The notes below the pieces were generated by a model. The model searched no databases, had not been told where the DNA came from, and was given only the letters and a program-made list of their open reading frames with translations. A program made the position numbers and the translations under genes. A stretch of DNA of 64,000 bases from an uncultured Chloroflexia bacterium. Lineage in GTDB: Bacteria; Chloroflexota; Limnocylindria; Limnocylindrales; CSP1-4. This document shows positions 43,516 to 55,839 of this stretch, piece after piece (positions within the stretch are counted from its first letter, which is position 1; the number at the start of each line of letters is the position of its first letter). The stretch lies in contig CAVPPB010000003.1 in assembly GCA_963707215.1 (NCBI GenBank), positions 1-64,000 on the forward strand, given 5' to 3'.

Positions 43516-44866
43516 CGCCGGGGGTCCGAGAAGGTCGGTCGGCCTCGATCCCGACGTCCTCCGGTACGTCGAGGGTCGCCGTCGCGCGTCCGGCCGCCGC
43601 GAGCAGCTCGGCTGCGAGCTCCGGGGGCACGCGCCCACGGACCCGGACGTCGCGGGCCCGGTAGTCCAGGTCGACCGTGCCCCGTTCGCGAACGCGGGCC
43701 AGGAGCTCGCCGGCGGTGTATGGCACGGCCGCGTCGACGTCGACCCAGATCGATGCCAGCAGCGCCGCGATCTCACCGCGGAGGGTCTCGAGGCCATAGC
43801 CCGTCAAGGCGGAGACGAGCACGGATCCGGCGATGGCGGGGGCCGGGGTCGTGCCGTCGGAAGCCGCAGCGTCGAGCAGGTCGACCTTGTTGAAGACGAC
43901 GAGCCTCGGCTTGTCGCCGGCGCCGAGCTCGTCGAGGACGGTCTGGACCGTCGCGCGGTGTTCGGTGAAGTGGGGGTCGGCGGCGTCCACGACCTCCAGG
44001 AGGATGTCCGCCCGATTGACCTCTTCGAGCGTCGCCCGGAAGGCGTCGACCAGCTGGTGCGGCAGCTTGTGGATGAAGCCGACGGTGTCCGTGAGGATCA
44101 CCGACTGGCCCTCGCCGAGCCGGACGAGTCGGCTCGTGGGGTCGAGCGTCGCGAAGAGTCGATCCTCGGCCAGGGCGACGTCGCTGCCGACCATGGAGTT
44201 GAGGAGGGTGCTCTTGCCCGCGTTCGTGTAGCCGACGATCGACACGGTGGGGATCCGTCGTCGGTCGCGTCCGCGGCTCGCGGTGGCCCGCTGCTGGCGG
44301 ACCTGCTCCACCCGCTCCCGCATCTTCTTGATCCGCTCGCGGATGATCCGCCGGTCGGTCTCGAGCTGGGACTCGCCCGGCCCCCGGGTCCCGATCCCTC
44401 CGCCGGTCCGCGACAGGTGGGTCCACATGCGCGTGAGCCTGGGCAGCTGGTACTCGAGCTGGGCGAGCTCGACCTGGAGCCGCCCTTCGTGGGTCCGGGC
44501 ATGCAGGGCGAAGATGTCCAGGATGAGGCGGCTGCGGTCGATGACCTTGACCTTGAGGAGCTCCTCGAGGGCTCGCTGCTGGGCGGGGCTCAGCTCGTCG
44601 TCGGCGACCAGGACGTCGAAGCCGGTCTCCCGCTTGGCGGCCAGGAGCTCCTCCGCCTTGCCCTTGCCCACGTACCAGTTCGGATCGACGTGACGACGGT
44701 TCTGCCACTCTGCGCCGACGACCTCGGCCCCCGCGGTGTCGGCGAGGCTCGCCAGCTCAGCGAGGGACTCCGGGGCCGACCAGCCCTCCGCCGACCCGGT
44801 GTCGACGGCGACGAGGAAGGCCTTCTCCCGGGGCGGCTCGAGCTCGATCAGCCGTTCACGACCCAT
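43508..44866 (-). CDS. hflX: GTPase HflX
   Basis: [39 protein letters not shown]. Confidence 0.97.
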   Translation of the reverse strand: MGRERLIELEPPREKAFLVAVDTGSAEGWSAPESLAELASLADTAGAEVVGAEWQNRRHVDPNWYVGKGKAEELLAAKRETGFDVLVADDELSPAQQRALEELLKVKVIDRSRLILDIFALHARTHEGRLQVELAQLEYQLPRLTRMWTHLSRTGGGIGTRGPGESQLETDRRIIRERIKKMRERVEQVRQQRATASRGRDRRRIPTVSIVGYTNAGKSTLLNSMVGSDVALAEDRLFATLDPTSRLVRLGEGQSVILTDTVGFIHKLPHQLVDAFRATLEEVNRADILLEVVDAADPHFTEHRATVQTVLDELGAGDKPRLVVFNKVDLLDAAASDGTTPAPAIAGSVLVSALTGYGLETLRGEIAALLASIWVDVDAAVPYTAGELLARVRERGTVDLDYRARDVRVRGRVPPELAAELLAAAGRATATLDVPEDVGIEADRPSRTPGDA

Positions 44867-44870
44867 GGGC

Positions 44871-45857
44871 TCAGGATACCCGGGCCGGCCCGCGGCGCCG
44901 GGCCATGAGCCGGCGAACGGAGGCCAGGGCGGCCGGCAGCGGGTCCGCGGTAGGATCGAGCCACACGATGTCCGGCTCGCTTCGGAACCAGGTCCGCTGA
45001 CGGCGAGCGAAGGCGACATTGCGCCTCGCATCCAGGTCGACCGCCTGGTCCAGGTCCACCCGACCGTCGAGGAGCGCGAACGCTTCCCGATAGCCGATGG
45101 CGCTGAAGGCGGGCAGGTCCGGGTCCCACCGCTCCCGGAGGGCTCGCGCCTCGTCCACGAGACCGTGCTCGAACTGCCCGCGGGCCCGCGTCGCGATCCA
45201 CTCCCGATGGACCGCGGGCGGCGCATCCAGGCCGATCCAAGCGCTGCGACCCGGATAGCCGTACGGGACCGGGAGCGGGCCGTCGCCGCGGAGGAGCGCG
45301 ATCTCGAGGGCACGCGTGACGCGACGCGGGTTGCGCAGGTCCGTCCGCGAGGCAAGGGACGGGGCCGCCGCGCGGAGCCGTGCGACCTGGGCCTCCGGGC
45401 CTTGCTCGGCCAGGTCCCGCTCGAGCTCCTTGCGGAGCCCGGCATCGGACGGCAGGGCGTCGAGCGCTAAGCCGCGGGCGATGGCCCGGAGGTAGAGGCC
45501 GGTGCCGCCCACCAGCAGGGCCAGCGCACCTCGTTCGGCGATCCCGGCCAGGGCGGTCGCGACATGCTCGGCATAGTTGGCCACGCTGAAGCGAATGTCG
45601 GGATCGACGAGGTCCAGGCCATGGTGACGGACGCTGGCTCGGGTCGCCCGATCGACCTTCGCGGTGCCGATGTCGAGCCCCCGGTACACCTGCCGAGCAT
45701 CGGCGGAGACGACCTCGGCGTCGGCGCCCTCGGTGGCGAGCGCCTCGACGAGCCGCAGCGAAAGACCGGTCTTGCCGGTCGCCGTGGGCCCGGCGATCAC
45801 CAGCAGCGGTGGCGACGGATCGATGGCTCCGGGCGTGTGGCCTCCCGCGCCGGTCAC
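44871..45857 (-). CDS. miaA: tRNA dimethylallyltransferase
   Basis: [37 protein letters not shown]. Confidence 0.96.
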   Translation of the reverse strand: MTGAGGHTPGAIDPSPPLLVIAGPTATGKTGLSLRLVEALATEGADAEVVSADARQVYRGLDIGTAKVDRATRASVRHHGLDLVDPDIRFSVANYAEHVATALAGIAERGALALLVGGTGLYLRAIARGLALDALPSDAGLRKELERDLAEQGPEAQVARLRAAAPSLASRTDLRNPRRVTRALEIALLRGDGPLPVPYGYPGRSAWIGLDAPPAVHREWIATRARGQFEHGLVDEARALRERWDPDLPAFSAIGYREAFALLDGRVDLDQAVDLDARRNVAFARRQRTWFRSEPDIVWLDPTADPLPAALASVRRLMARRRGPARVS

Positions 45858-47530
45858 GCCGGCTGATCGGCCAGCGCCGTGCCCCGGAGCGAGTACGGGC
45901 CAGCGTGGTCGATCCGGACGTCGACGAACCGACCCAGCAGCCCGGGCTCCCCCGCGAGATGGACGAGCTTGTTGTGGCGGGTCCGCCCGGCCAGGCGGAC
46001 CTGACCCGGCGCCATGGCGGTCCGGGCCGGGCCGGCGTCGTCCGACGGCCCGTCGCCATCGTCGTGCTCGTGGGACGGATCGCGGGTCACGGCATCGACG
46101 AGGACCTCGACGGTGCGGCCGAGCCAGGCTCGGTTCCGGTCGTGGCCGATCCGCTCCTGGACCGCTAGCAGCTCGTTGAGTCGCCGACGCTTCTCGGCCG
46201 GCGGGACGTCGTCCACCAGGCGGGTCGCCGGCGTGCCCGGGCGCTCCGAGTAGGCGGCGGCGAAGACCTGGTCGAAGCCCACCACGCCGAGGAGCTCCAG
46301 CGTCGCCTCGAACTCGGCCGCGGTCTCGCCGCAGAACCCGACGATGACGTCGGTCGAGACGGCGATGCCAGGGACGGCCAGGCGGATCGACTCGAGTCGC
46401 TCGAGGTAGTGGTCGATGGTGTACTGCCGGCCCATCCTCCGGAGCATCCCGTCCGACCCGGACTGGACCGGCAGGTGGAGGTGCTCGCAGACGCTTCGGG
46501 CGGTCGCCAGCGCCCCGATGAGCCGGTCAGAGAGATCCCAGGGATGGGAGGTCACGAAGCGGAGCCTCGGGATCGCCGGCCGTCCCTCGGTGTCGACGAG
46601 CGCGTCGATGCCGAGGATGAGCGCGGCCAGGTCCGGCCGGCCATCGCGGTCGAGGCGTCGCCCGGTCCGTCGGGCCTCCCCTATGTGAGCGAACCGTACC
46701 TCGGCGGGCAGGTCGTGCCCGTAGCTGTTGACGTTCTGGCCGAGCAGGGTGACCTCGCGGTAGCCGGCCTCGGCGAGGGTCGCCGCCTCGGCCAGGACCT
46801 CGTCGTAGGGGCGCGATCGCTCCGGTCCCCGACTGAAGGGGACGATGCAGTAGGTGCAGGTCTTGTCGCAGCCGTAGACGATCGGCAGCCAGGCCGAGAT
46901 GGAGGACTCCCGGGCGATCCCGCCGCCGGCCACGGCGGTCGCCCTGGACCCGGCGAGATTGATGGCGTCCGAGACCGGGACCCGGCCGACCGTCGTCGTG
47001 GCGGCCACGCCGAGTGGCCCCCCGACGGCCGCCTGGGCGGAGTCGAGCCCGAGGCGATCGACGAGCTCAGGCTCCTCGTCGGGCCGGAGGAACAGGTCGA
47101 CGGACGGGAAGCGTCGGGCGAGGCCCGGCCGGTCACGCTCCCTGACAGCGCAGCCGGTGAGGACGACGCGCAGTCCCGGCCGGGCGGCCTTGAGCCGGGC
47201 GAGATGTCCCTGGCGGCCGATGACCTTGGCCTCGGCCGCCTCCCGGATGGCGCATGTGTTGATGACGACCAGCTCCGCCGCGTCCATCGTGGAAGCTTCC
47301 GGACAGCCGGCCGCGAGCAGGCGGCCGGCCATCTCCTCCGAATCGGACCGGTTCATCTGGCAGCCGAGGGTCCAGATCCAGAAGGACGGCAACGCTCGGG
47401 CGTCGGGTCGGAACTCGTGGAGCCGTGCGTCGGGAGCGACGAACGGCGCCCGCGGCGCTACCTGGCCCCAGGCCGAGGGGAGGTCGAGGACGGGGAGGGC
47501 GGGGCGAGGGCCGGAAGGGCTCTGGGTCAT
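45854..47530 (-). CDS. miaB: tRNA methylthiotransferase MiaB (radical SAM)
   Basis: TLGCQMN..DSE, NTCAIRE, GCDKTCTYCIVP, TRAM domain. Confidence 0.94.
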   Translation of the reverse strand: MTQSPSGPRPALPVLDLPSAWGQVAPRAPFVAPDARLHEFRPDARALPSFWIWTLGCQMNRSDSEEMAGRLLAAGCPEASTMDAAELVVINTCAIREAAEAKVIGRQGHLARLKAARPGLRVVLTGCAVRERDRPGLARRFPSVDLFLRPDEEPELVDRLGLDSAQAAVGGPLGVAATTTVGRVPVSDAINLAGSRATAVAGGGIARESSISAWLPIVYGCDKTCTYCIVPFSRGPERSRPYDEVLAEAATLAEAGYREVTLLGQNVNSYGHDLPAEVRFAHIGEARRTGRRLDRDGRPDLAALILGIDALVDTEGRPAIPRLRFVTSHPWDLSDRLIGALATARSVCEHLHLPVQSGSDGMLRRMGRQYTIDHYLERLESIRLAVPGIAVSTDVIVGFCGETAAEFEATLELLGVVGFDQVFAAAYSERPGTPATRLVDDVPPAEKRRRLNELLAVQERIGHDRNRAWLGRTVEVLVDAVTRDPSHEHDDGDGPSDDAGPARTAMAPGQVRLAGRTRHNKLVHLAGEPGLLGRFVDVRIDHAGPYSLRGTALADQPA

Positions 47531-48453
47531 CGGTGGTCGGCGGCGACGCGGCGGGCCAGGTCGGCGCCCACCGTGGCGGGGATGCGGAGATCGGCCAGGC
47601 GATCGGCGTAGGATCCGTCATCGCCATGGTAGTCGGTCCCGCCGGTGGCCAGGAGTCCGAGGTCGGCCGCGGTCCGGGCGAGATCGGCGATGGTCGCGTC
47701 GTCGAAGGAGCGGTAGTGGACCTCAAGCCCGGCGAGGCCCGCCTCGCGGAGCTCGGCCAGGACGTCCAGGCGCCGCGGTGCTTCGGCGAAGTGGGCCAGC
47801 ACCGCGATGCCGCCTGCGGCGCGGATCGCCGCGATGGCTTCGACAGGTCCGAGGCCCTGGCGAGGCAGATAGCCCGGCCGGCCTCGTGCCAGGACGCGGG
47901 AGAAGGCATCCTCGACGCTGCTGGCGTGGCCCGCCGCCACCAGCGCCCTGGCGGCCGTGGGTCGCCCGAGGGCGTCCTCGTCGTCGGGCACCAGCCCCTC
48001 GAGCTCTCGGTCGACGGGGAGGCCGAGTTCCCGCAGCCGCGCCACGATCGCCTCGAAGCGCCGGCGACGTCCGGACCGCTGCGCCGACAGGGTCGCCTCG
48101 AAGCGGTCGTCGTCGGGATCCATGCCGTAGCCGAGGATGTGGAGCTCGCCCTCCCCTTCCCCACCATCGACGCCGGGTCCGACCGCGTTGATCTCGACGC
48201 CGACGACCAGGTCGAGCGATGCCGCGCCCGCGGATCCGCCTGTGCCGCACAGGTCATGGATCCCGGCGAGCGTGTCGTGGTCGGTGATGGCGAGGGTCCG
48301 GATGCCCGCCGTGGCCGCCTGGCGAACGAGCTCGTCGGGGGCAAGCAAGCCGTCCGAGCGGCTCGTGTGGGTGTGGAGGTCGACCTCCGGGGCTCCGCGG
48401 CCCGGGTCGAGTCTTCCCGGGGCGGGACCGTGGCGGCCCGCCGTGGGTGGCAC
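47527..48453 (-). CDS. PHP-domain phosphoesterase (YciV/TrpH family)
   Basis: DLHTHTSRSDG, ITDHDT, GVEI, HILGY, GGTDYHG. Confidence 0.9.
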   Translation of the reverse strand: MPPTAGRHGPAPGRLDPGRGAPEVDLHTHTSRSDGLLAPDELVRQAATAGIRTLAITDHDTLAGIHDLCGTGGSAGAASLDLVVGVEINAVGPGVDGGEGEGELHILGYGMDPDDDRFEATLSAQRSGRRRRFEAIVARLRELGLPVDRELEGLVPDDEDALGRPTAARALVAAGHASSVEDAFSRVLARGRPGYLPRQGLGPVEAIAAIRAAGGIAVLAHFAEAPRRLDVLAELREAGLAGLEVHYRSFDDATIADLARTAADLGLLATGGTDYHGDDGSYADRLADLRIPATVGADLARRVAADHR

Positions 48454-48458
48454 TGGGG

Positions 48459-49352
48459 TCAGGCCTCGACGACCTGCTGGATCCGGACGATCGCCAGGGC
48501 TCGACCCGTGGCCGGATCCACGTCGACCTGGGTCGCCTGGACGACGACCGGTCCCTGGCCCACCTCGAACCGGGTCGGCAGCGCGTTGACGAAGCGGGGC
48601 AGGACGGTCCGTGGCTCGAACCCGATGACGCTGTGGAGCGGCCCGGTCATCCCCAGGTCGGACTGGTAGGCGGTTCCGCCGGGAAGGATCCGCTCGTCCC
48701 CGGTGACCACATGGGTATGCGTGCCGACCACCACGCTTGCCCGGCCGTCGAGGTAGAGCCCCATCGCCGTCTTCTCCGAGGTGATCTCGCAGTGGAAGTC
48801 CACCAGGCGGATCGTCGGCAGGGGCTCGGAACCCACGTCGAGCAGGCGATCTGCCTCCGTGAACGGGTTGTCGATCGGCTGCATATACGTCCGGCCCTGG
48901 AGGTTGATCACGGCGATCTCGGTGCCGTCCGTCGCGTGGAAGACACCCCAGCCTCGCCCCGGCACCTCGTGGGAGCCGTAGTTGAGCGGGCGCAGGATGC
49001 GCTCCTCCCGCTCGAGGACGGGGTAGATCTCGCGCTTGTCCCAGATGTGGTTGCCCGACGTGATGACGTCGACGCCGGCGTCGAAGAGGGCGGCGGCGGT
49101 GGACTCCGTGAGACCCATGCCTCCGGCAAGGTTCTCGCCGTTGGCGGTGACCAGGTCGATCCCCCGGTCTGCGCGAAGACCCGGCAGCACGTGCTCGACA
49201 GCGATCCGCCCCGGCTTGCCGATGACGTCCCCGATGAGCAGCACCCTGATCGATCCGCGCGGGCGCTCCGGGTCACTGTTGACGGGCCGACCGAGCAGCG
49301 TCCGGCCGGCGTCAGCGGCGTCTACGGCTGACCCCCGTCGCTCACTTGGCAA
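48459..49352 (-). CDS. ymdB: YmdB family metallophosphoesterase (start uncertain)
   Basis: [40 protein letters not shown]. Confidence 0.92.
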   Translation of the reverse strand: MPSERRGSAVDAADAGRTLLGRPVNSDPERPRGSIRVLLIGDVIGKPGRIAVEHVLPGLRADRGIDLVTANGENLAGGMGLTESTAAALFDAGVDVITSGNHIWDKREIYPVLEREERILRPLNYGSHEVPGRGWGVFHATDGTEIAVINLQGRTYMQPIDNPFTEADRLLDVGSEPLPTIRLVDFHCEITSEKTAMGLYLDGRASVVVGTHTHVVTGDERILPGGTAYQSDLGMTGPLHSVIGFEPRTVLPRFVNALPTRFEVGQGPVVVQATQVDVDPATGRALAIVRIQQVVEA

Positions 49353-50877
49353 ACTCCACGGCCCGGGTCTCGCGGATCACCGTCACCTTGATCTGGCCCG
49401 GGTAGGTCAGCTGCTCCTCGATCTTCTTCACGATGTCGCGGGCGAGGCGCCCGGCGGTCAGATCGTCGATCTCCTCGGGGCGGACCAGGATGCGGACCTC
49501 GCGGCCGGCCTGGACGGCGAAGGTCCGCTCGACGCCGGCGAAGCCGCCGGCGATGGCCTGGAGGTCCTCGAGCCGCTTGATGTACGTCTCGACGGACTCA
49601 CCTCGCGCGCCCGGCCGTGAGGCGCTGATAGCGTCGGCGACCTGGACGATCGGAGCCTCGAGGCAGGCGAACTCGACCTCCTGGTGGTGGGCGGCGATGC
49701 CGTTGACGACCTTGAACGGGAGCTCGTTCCGCTGGGCGATCTGGGCGCCGATGGCGGCGTGCGGCCCCTCCACCTCGTGGTCGACGGCCTTGCCGATGTC
49801 GTGGAGCAGGCCGCCCATCTTGGCAGCCGTCACGTCGGCTCCCAGCTCGGCGGCGATGATCGATGCCAGCCGCGCCGTCTCGATGGAGTGGACGAGCACG
49901 TTCTGGCCGTAGCTGGTCCGGAACCGGAGTCGGCCGAGAAGCCGGACGACCTCGGCGGGCAGACCGGGGACGCCGGCGTCGTAGGCCGCTTGGTCGCCCG
50001 CCTGGCGGATGACGAGCTCGACCTCGGCACTCGCCTTGCCGACGACCTCCTCGATCCGACCGGGGTGGATCCGCCCGTCGGCGATGAGCTTGGTGAGGGC
50101 GATCCGGGCGATCTCCCGACGGACCGGGTCGAAGCCCGAGATGACGACCGTCTCCGGCGTGTCGTCGATGATGAGGTCGACGCCGGTCGCCTGCTCCAGG
50201 GCCCTGATGTTCCGTCCTTCACGGCCGATGATCCGACCCTTCATCTCGTCGGATGGCAGATGGACTGCGGTGACGGTGTGCTCGGCCGTGTGGTCGGCGG
50301 CGACCCGCTGCATGGCGGTCACGATGACCTCGCGGGCCCGATCCTGGGCCTCCTCGCGAGCCCGCCGCTCGATGGACCGGGCGAGCTTGACGGCATCGTG
50401 CTCGGCCTCCTCGCGGACCGCCTCGACCAGCATGGCTCGGGCGTCCTCGGCCGAGAGGCCCGAGACGCGCTCGAGGGCCACGACCTGCTCGCCATGGAGC
50501 CGATCGAGCTCCTCGCGGCTCCGCTCCAGCTCTCGCTCGCGGTCCATGAGCCGACGGTCACGCTGCTCGAGGAGGTCGGTCCGCTCATCGAGTTGCTCGT
50601 CTCGCTGGAGGAGTCGCATCTCCAGCGAAGAGAGCTCGGAGCGCTTCCGGCGGGCCTCCTCTTCGGCTTCACGCTGGAACCGCAGCTTCTCGTCTTTCGC
50701 CTCGAGGATGAGGTCCTTCTGCCGGGTTCGGGCGTCGGCCACGATGCGCTGCGCTTCGGCCTGGGCATTCTTGATGATCTGCGGCGACCAGACCCGGCCG
50801 GCCACCACGAATCCGATGACTGCCCCCACGACGGCAGCCACGACCGCCGCCACGAGGGCGATGATGGGCTCGTTCAA
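49342..50877 (-). CDS. rny: ribonuclease Y
   Basis: N-terminal TM, coiled coil, [13 protein letters not shown] (KH), LLHDIGKA (HD), [12 protein letters not shown]; TTG start with GGAGG SD. Confidence 0.96.
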   Translation of the reverse strand: MNEPIIALVAAVVAAVVGAVIGFVVAGRVWSPQIIKNAQAEAQRIVADARTRQKDLILEAKDEKLRFQREAEEEARRKRSELSSLEMRLLQRDEQLDERTDLLEQRDRRLMDRERELERSREELDRLHGEQVVALERVSGLSAEDARAMLVEAVREEAEHDAVKLARSIERRAREEAQDRAREVIVTAMQRVAADHTAEHTVTAVHLPSDEMKGRIIGREGRNIRALEQATGVDLIIDDTPETVVISGFDPVRREIARIALTKLIADGRIHPGRIEEVVGKASAEVELVIRQAGDQAAYDAGVPGLPAEVVRLLGRLRFRTSYGQNVLVHSIETARLASIIAAELGADVTAAKMGGLLHDIGKAVDHEVEGPHAAIGAQIAQRNELPFKVVNGIAAHHQEVEFACLEAPIVQVADAISASRPGARGESVETYIKRLEDLQAIAGGFAGVERTFAVQAGREVRILVRPEEIDDLTAGRLARDIVKKIEEQLTYPGQIKVTVIRETRAVEFAK

Positions 50878-51032
50878 GTTCGTTCGTCCTCCCCTCCGGC
50901 CACGGTCGGAGGTCTTGGCGAGGGGTGGACGGTCCAGGCGCGCTGGGCAGCGCGGGAGCGACCCTCGCCGGCTTTCTCTGCGTCGCGGCGTCCCGGAGGG
51001 ACGCGTTCGTCCTAGCCTACTACGCCCGACCG

Positions 51033-51637
51033 TCAGGGGTCGGTCGGCACCTCGTCGTCGAGGTCCGGCCGGTCGGCCGCCGTTTCCGAGCTCCGGATCC
51101 ATGCCGTCAACGCCGCGGCGGCGGTCGCCGGGTCGAAGCCGTTGCGGGCCAGGAGCGCGTAGGCGCGCTCTCGTCGCCGTCGTGGGTCCCTCTCGCGCAG
51201 CAGCGACTGGGTGCGCCGCTCGAGGAGCCTGGCAGCAGCCAGCGCGTCGGCCGAGCGGCCAGACGCTGTCGCCGTCTGGTCGGCCTGGTCGCGCTCTGCA
51301 ATGGCCTCGATCGCTATCTCGTCGGCGACCCCCTTCAGGCGCAGCTCGCGCCGGAGGGCGTTGGCGCCACGGGGGTGGGCGCGGTCGCGCGACTCGATCC
51401 AGGCGCGGGCGAACGCCGCGTCGTCGAGGTAGCCGAGGGCGATCAACCGCGCGATCGCTCCTTCGACCAGTTCGTCCCCGTAGCCCGCCCCGGTGAGCCG
51501 TCGACGGACCTCGGAAACGGTCCTGGGGCGGACTTCGAGGAAGCGCGCGGCCGCGTCTAGGACGATGGCAGGATCATCGACCGACGCTGCGCGCTCGCGA
51601 CGCTCGGCCGGGGTCGAACGCCGGCGACGCGACGCCG

Positions 51638-51641
<4 letters not shown>
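51033..51641 (-). CDS. recX: RecX regulatory protein, probable CTG start
   Basis: [44 protein letters not shown]; homology extends well upstream of the first canonical start (51446). Confidence 0.88.
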
Positions 51642-52693
<1,052 letters not shown>

Positions 52694-52766
52694 GGGTGTC
52701 CGCTCCTGTTCGTCGCTCAGCGACCGGCCACCAGGAGCGAGCACCGAGGGCGCTCCTCCCGACCGA

Positions 52767-52934
52767 TCAGGTCTCCTCGGTCTCCTCCTCGACCGGCTCC
52801 GGCTTCGGCTTCCGCGGCTTGCGGATCACCTCGACCTGCATCGGCGGTTCGGTGAGGGGCTGCAGCTTGGGCTGCCCGGCCTTGTCCTTGGCCTTCTTCT
52901 TGGGCTCGCGGTGTGGTCGATCTCGAGAACCCAT
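52767..52934 (-). CDS. 55-aa basic/acidic small protein
   Basis: [55 protein letters not shown]; GGAGG SD; below ORF-track cutoff. Confidence 0.7.
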   Translation of the reverse strand: MGSRDRPHREPKKKAKDKAGQPKLQPLTEPPMQVEVIRKPRKPKPEPVEEETEET

Positions 52935-52976
52935 GTCGTGGCCTCCGGCTTGAGCGAGAGGATAGGTCTGGGGCCT

Positions 52977-54137
52977 TCACTGCGACATCACCGCGACTTC
53001 GCCGGAACGAGCACCGGCGCGCGCGAGGAGGTCCGGGAGGCTCTGAGGGAAGATACCGGCCCGCAGCGCCGAGCGGATCCTGGCCATGAAGTCTAGGGTG
53101 AAGGTCAGGTTGTGACAAGTCGCCAGACGGTACGCGAGGAGCTCCTTGGCCCGGAACAGATGAGCCAGATATGCGCGCGAGAACCGCGTACAGAGGCGAC
53201 ATGGGCAGTCGTCCTGGGCGGGAGCCGGATCGTCGAGGAACCTGGCGTTCCGCAGGTTCAGGCGCCCGCCGGGCACCCACAGCTGGCCGTTCCGGGCGAC
53301 CCGCGCCGGCAGGACCGAGTCGAAGAGGTCGATCCCCTGGTGGACCGCCACCAGCAGGTCTGCCGGCGTCCCGAGGCCCATAAGGTAGCGGACCCGTGGG
53401 TCGAGACCCAGCCGCGGAACGACGACGTCGAGGACCGCGGCCCGCTCCGCGGGGGTCTCGTCCCCGGCCAACCCGCCGATGCAGATGCCATCGAACGGCA
53501 GCCCCGCGATGAGGTCCACGGAGGCCTCGCGGAGGTCGACCTCGAGACCGCCCTGGACGATCCCGAAGAGCGCTTGGTCGGTCCGCCGGTGAGCGGCGAG
53601 TGAGCGCTCCGCCCAGCGGTGGGTCCGCTCCGTGGCGATCGCCACGGTCTCGCGCGTCGAGCTGTGTGGCGGGACCGGCTGGTCGAAAGCGACCGCGACG
53701 TCGGCCCCCAGGGCCTCCTGGACGGCGATCGCCTGCTCGGGGTCGAAGCGATGGAGACTGCCATCGTGGTGGCTCCGGAACGTCACGCCGTCGTCGTCGA
53801 CCCGGCGGAGGTCGTCGAGCGAGACCACCTGGAAGCCCCCGGAATCGGTCAGGATCGGACGGTCCCAGGCCATGAAGCGGTGGAGCCCACCGAGGCGGGC
53901 GATCCGCTCGTGTCCCGGCCGGAGATACAGGTGATACGTGTTCGCAAGGATGATCGACGCCCCGACCGAGTCGAGGTCGTCGGGGTCGAGCGCCTTCACC
54001 GTGGCGTTCGTGCCGACCGGCATGAACTGCGGTGTGTCGACCGTTCCGTGGGGCAGGTGCAGCCGCCCGAGCCGCGCCCGGGTCGAAGCGTCGGCGGGCG
54101 GTCCGACCAGCACCTCGAAGCGGGCGGCGCCGGGCAC
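52977..54137 (-). CDS. tgt: tRNA-guanine transglycosylase
   Basis: TPQFMPVGT, NTYHLYLRPG, DSGGFQ, RYLMGLG, CPCRLC zinc site. Confidence 0.95.
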   Translation of the reverse strand: MPGAARFEVLVGPPADASTRARLGRLHLPHGTVDTPQFMPVGTNATVKALDPDDLDSVGASIILANTYHLYLRPGHERIARLGGLHRFMAWDRPILTDSGGFQVVSLDDLRRVDDDGVTFRSHHDGSLHRFDPEQAIAVQEALGADVAVAFDQPVPPHSSTRETVAIATERTHRWAERSLAAHRRTDQALFGIVQGGLEVDLREASVDLIAGLPFDGICIGGLAGDETPAERAAVLDVVVPRLGLDPRVRYLMGLGTPADLLVAVHQGIDLFDSVLPARVARNGQLWVPGGRLNLRNARFLDDPAPAQDDCPCRLCTRFSRAYLAHLFRAKELLAYRLATCHNLTFTLDFMARIRSALRAGIFPQSLPDLLARAGARSGEVAVMSQ

Positions 54138-54159
54138 GGGCGCTGATCCCTCCGCCGAC

Positions 54160-55242
54160 TCAGCCGGTCGGCCCGGCGCCCAGGGTGGACTCCCAGAGCG
54201 CGGCCATCTCGGGTTCTGCGCGCCGAGGCGCCGGGACCTCATAGCCGAGCGCGGCGAGGTGAGCCCTGGCATTGTCGGTGGCGACGCGACCCTGGGGCGT
54301 CCGATCGAGGAAGCCGAGGCGCAGCAGGTAGGGCTCGTAGACGTCCTCGATTGTCTCGGTCTCCTCGGCCAGGACCGCCGCCAGCGCCGCGACCCCGACG
54401 GGCCCCGATCCGAACTTCTGGACGATCGCCGCCAGGAGCTTGCGATCGGTCGCATCGAGGCCGAGATCGTCGATCTCGAGGGTGGCCATCGCCTCCTGGA
54501 CCGCCCTGTCGTCGACCCTGCCGTCGAAGTGGACCTCGGCGTGATCCCGGACCCGCTTCAGAAGACGGTTGACGATCCGGGGCGTTCCTCGACCGCGCCG
54601 GGCGATCGAGGCCGCCGCGTCCCCGACGACCTCGACCCCGAGGATCCCGGCCGATCGCTGGACGATCGCGGTGAGATCGGTCTCGTCGTAGAAGTCGAGG
54701 CGATAGGTCGCCCCGAAGCGGTCGCGGAGCGGGCTGCTGATGCGGCCGGCCCGGGTCGTCGCGCCGACGACCGTGAAGGGCTTGAGGCTGAGCCGGAGCG
54801 AGCGCGCCGACGGGCCCTTGCCGATCATGACGTCGAGGGCGAAGTCCTCCATGGCCGGGTAGAGGATCTCCTCGACCGCCCGCGACAGCCGGTGGATCTC
54901 GTCGATGAAGAGGACATCGTGCTCGTCGAGCGAGGTCAGGATGGCGGCCAGGTCGCCGGGACGTTCGACGGCCGGCCCCGAGGTGAACCGGATGTTCACC
55001 TCGAGCTCCCGGGCGACGATCGAGGCGAGCGTGGTCTTGCCGAGACCGGGCGGGCCGTACAGGAGGATGTGGTCCGCGGCCTCTCCCCTGCCCCGGGCCG
55101 CTCGCAGCAGGACCGAGAGGCTGGCCTTCACCTCGCGCTGGCCGACGTACTCGTCGAGGGTGTGCGGCCGAAGGGTCGTCTCCACGCCCAGATCGGTCTC
55201 GTCGAGGAGGTCGGCGGCAAGGAACCGGGGGTCGTCCGACAT
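54160..55242 (-). CDS. ruvB: Holliday junction helicase RuvB
   Basis: [33 protein letters not shown]. Confidence 0.98.
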   Translation of the reverse strand: MSDDPRFLAADLLDETDLGVETTLRPHTLDEYVGQREVKASLSVLLRAARGRGEAADHILLYGPPGLGKTTLASIVARELEVNIRFTSGPAVERPGDLAAILTSLDEHDVLFIDEIHRLSRAVEEILYPAMEDFALDVMIGKGPSARSLRLSLKPFTVVGATTRAGRISSPLRDRFGATYRLDFYDETDLTAIVQRSAGILGVEVVGDAAASIARRGRGTPRIVNRLLKRVRDHAEVHFDGRVDDRAVQEAMATLEIDDLGLDATDRKLLAAIVQKFGSGPVGVAALAAVLAEETETIEDVYEPYLLRLGFLDRTPQGRVATDNARAHLAALGYEVPAPRRAEPEMAALWESTLGAGPTG

Positions 55243-55272
55243 GGTCGCGAGTCTAGCACGCAGGACCCCGTT

Positions 55273-55288
55273 TCGCACAGATGTTCGA
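55273..55288. promoter_or_regulatory. LexA (Cheo-type) SOS box over the -35 region of the ruvB promoter
   Basis: Minus strand TCGAAC-ATCT-GTGCGA vs CGAAC-N4-GTTCG; extended -10 TGCTAGACT at 55250-55258. Confidence 0.6.
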
Positions 55289-55362
55289 TGCGCCGACGAG
55301 TGTCTCTTGGTCCCGTCGGCGAAGTACGACCCTCGGGCTAGGGGTTCTGGCAGAATGCCCGC

Positions 55363-55839
55363 ATGCGGCTCTCGCGACGCTCGGAGTACGGCCTGCGAGC
55401 CCTGGTCGATCTGGTCGACCATGTGGATGCGGGTCCGGTGCCACTAGCCGCCCTTGCCGAGCGCAATCGCCTGCCCGGCAAGTTCCTCGAGCAGATCCTC
55501 GCGGCCCTCAAACATGCCGGCATCGTCCGCACGACGCTCGGCGCCCACGGCGGCTACGCCATGGCCGTCGACCCGGCCCAGGTCACGGTGGGGCGGGTCA
55601 TCCGGCTTCTCGATGGGGCGCTCGCCCCGATCGGCTGCGTAAGCCTTCGGTACTACGAGCCGTGCACCTGCCCGGACGAGTCGACCTGTCGCCTCCGCGA
55701 CCTGATGATCGAGGTTCGCGACTCGATGCTCGCGATCCTCGACCGGGAGACCCTGGCAGACCTCAGGGCCCGCAGCGGTCAGCCATCGCTCGATCCGCGG
55801 GGCCTGCACGCTGACGCCCTGGCCGGCCGCCGTCCGTGA
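55363..55839 (+). CDS. Rrf2 family transcriptional regulator
   Basis: EYGLRAL, KFLEQIL..L...G.V..T.G..GGY; Cys cluster CVS...CTCPDESTC. Confidence 0.92.
   Translation: MRLSRRSEYGLRALVDLVDHVDAGPVPLAALAERNRLPGKFLEQILAALKHAGIVRTTLGAHGGYAMAVDPAQVTVGRVIRLLDGALAPIGCVSLRYYEPCTCPDESTCRLRDLMIEVRDSMLAILDRETLADLRARSGQPSLDPRGLHADALAGRRP

Noticed and set aside
44866-44871. Absence of hfq between miaA and hflX
   Set aside because: Common in lineages lacking Hfq, so not informative.
52695-52715. SOS box before recA (GAAC-AGGA-GCGG)
   Set aside because: The second half-site is poor and the segment is explained by the SD.
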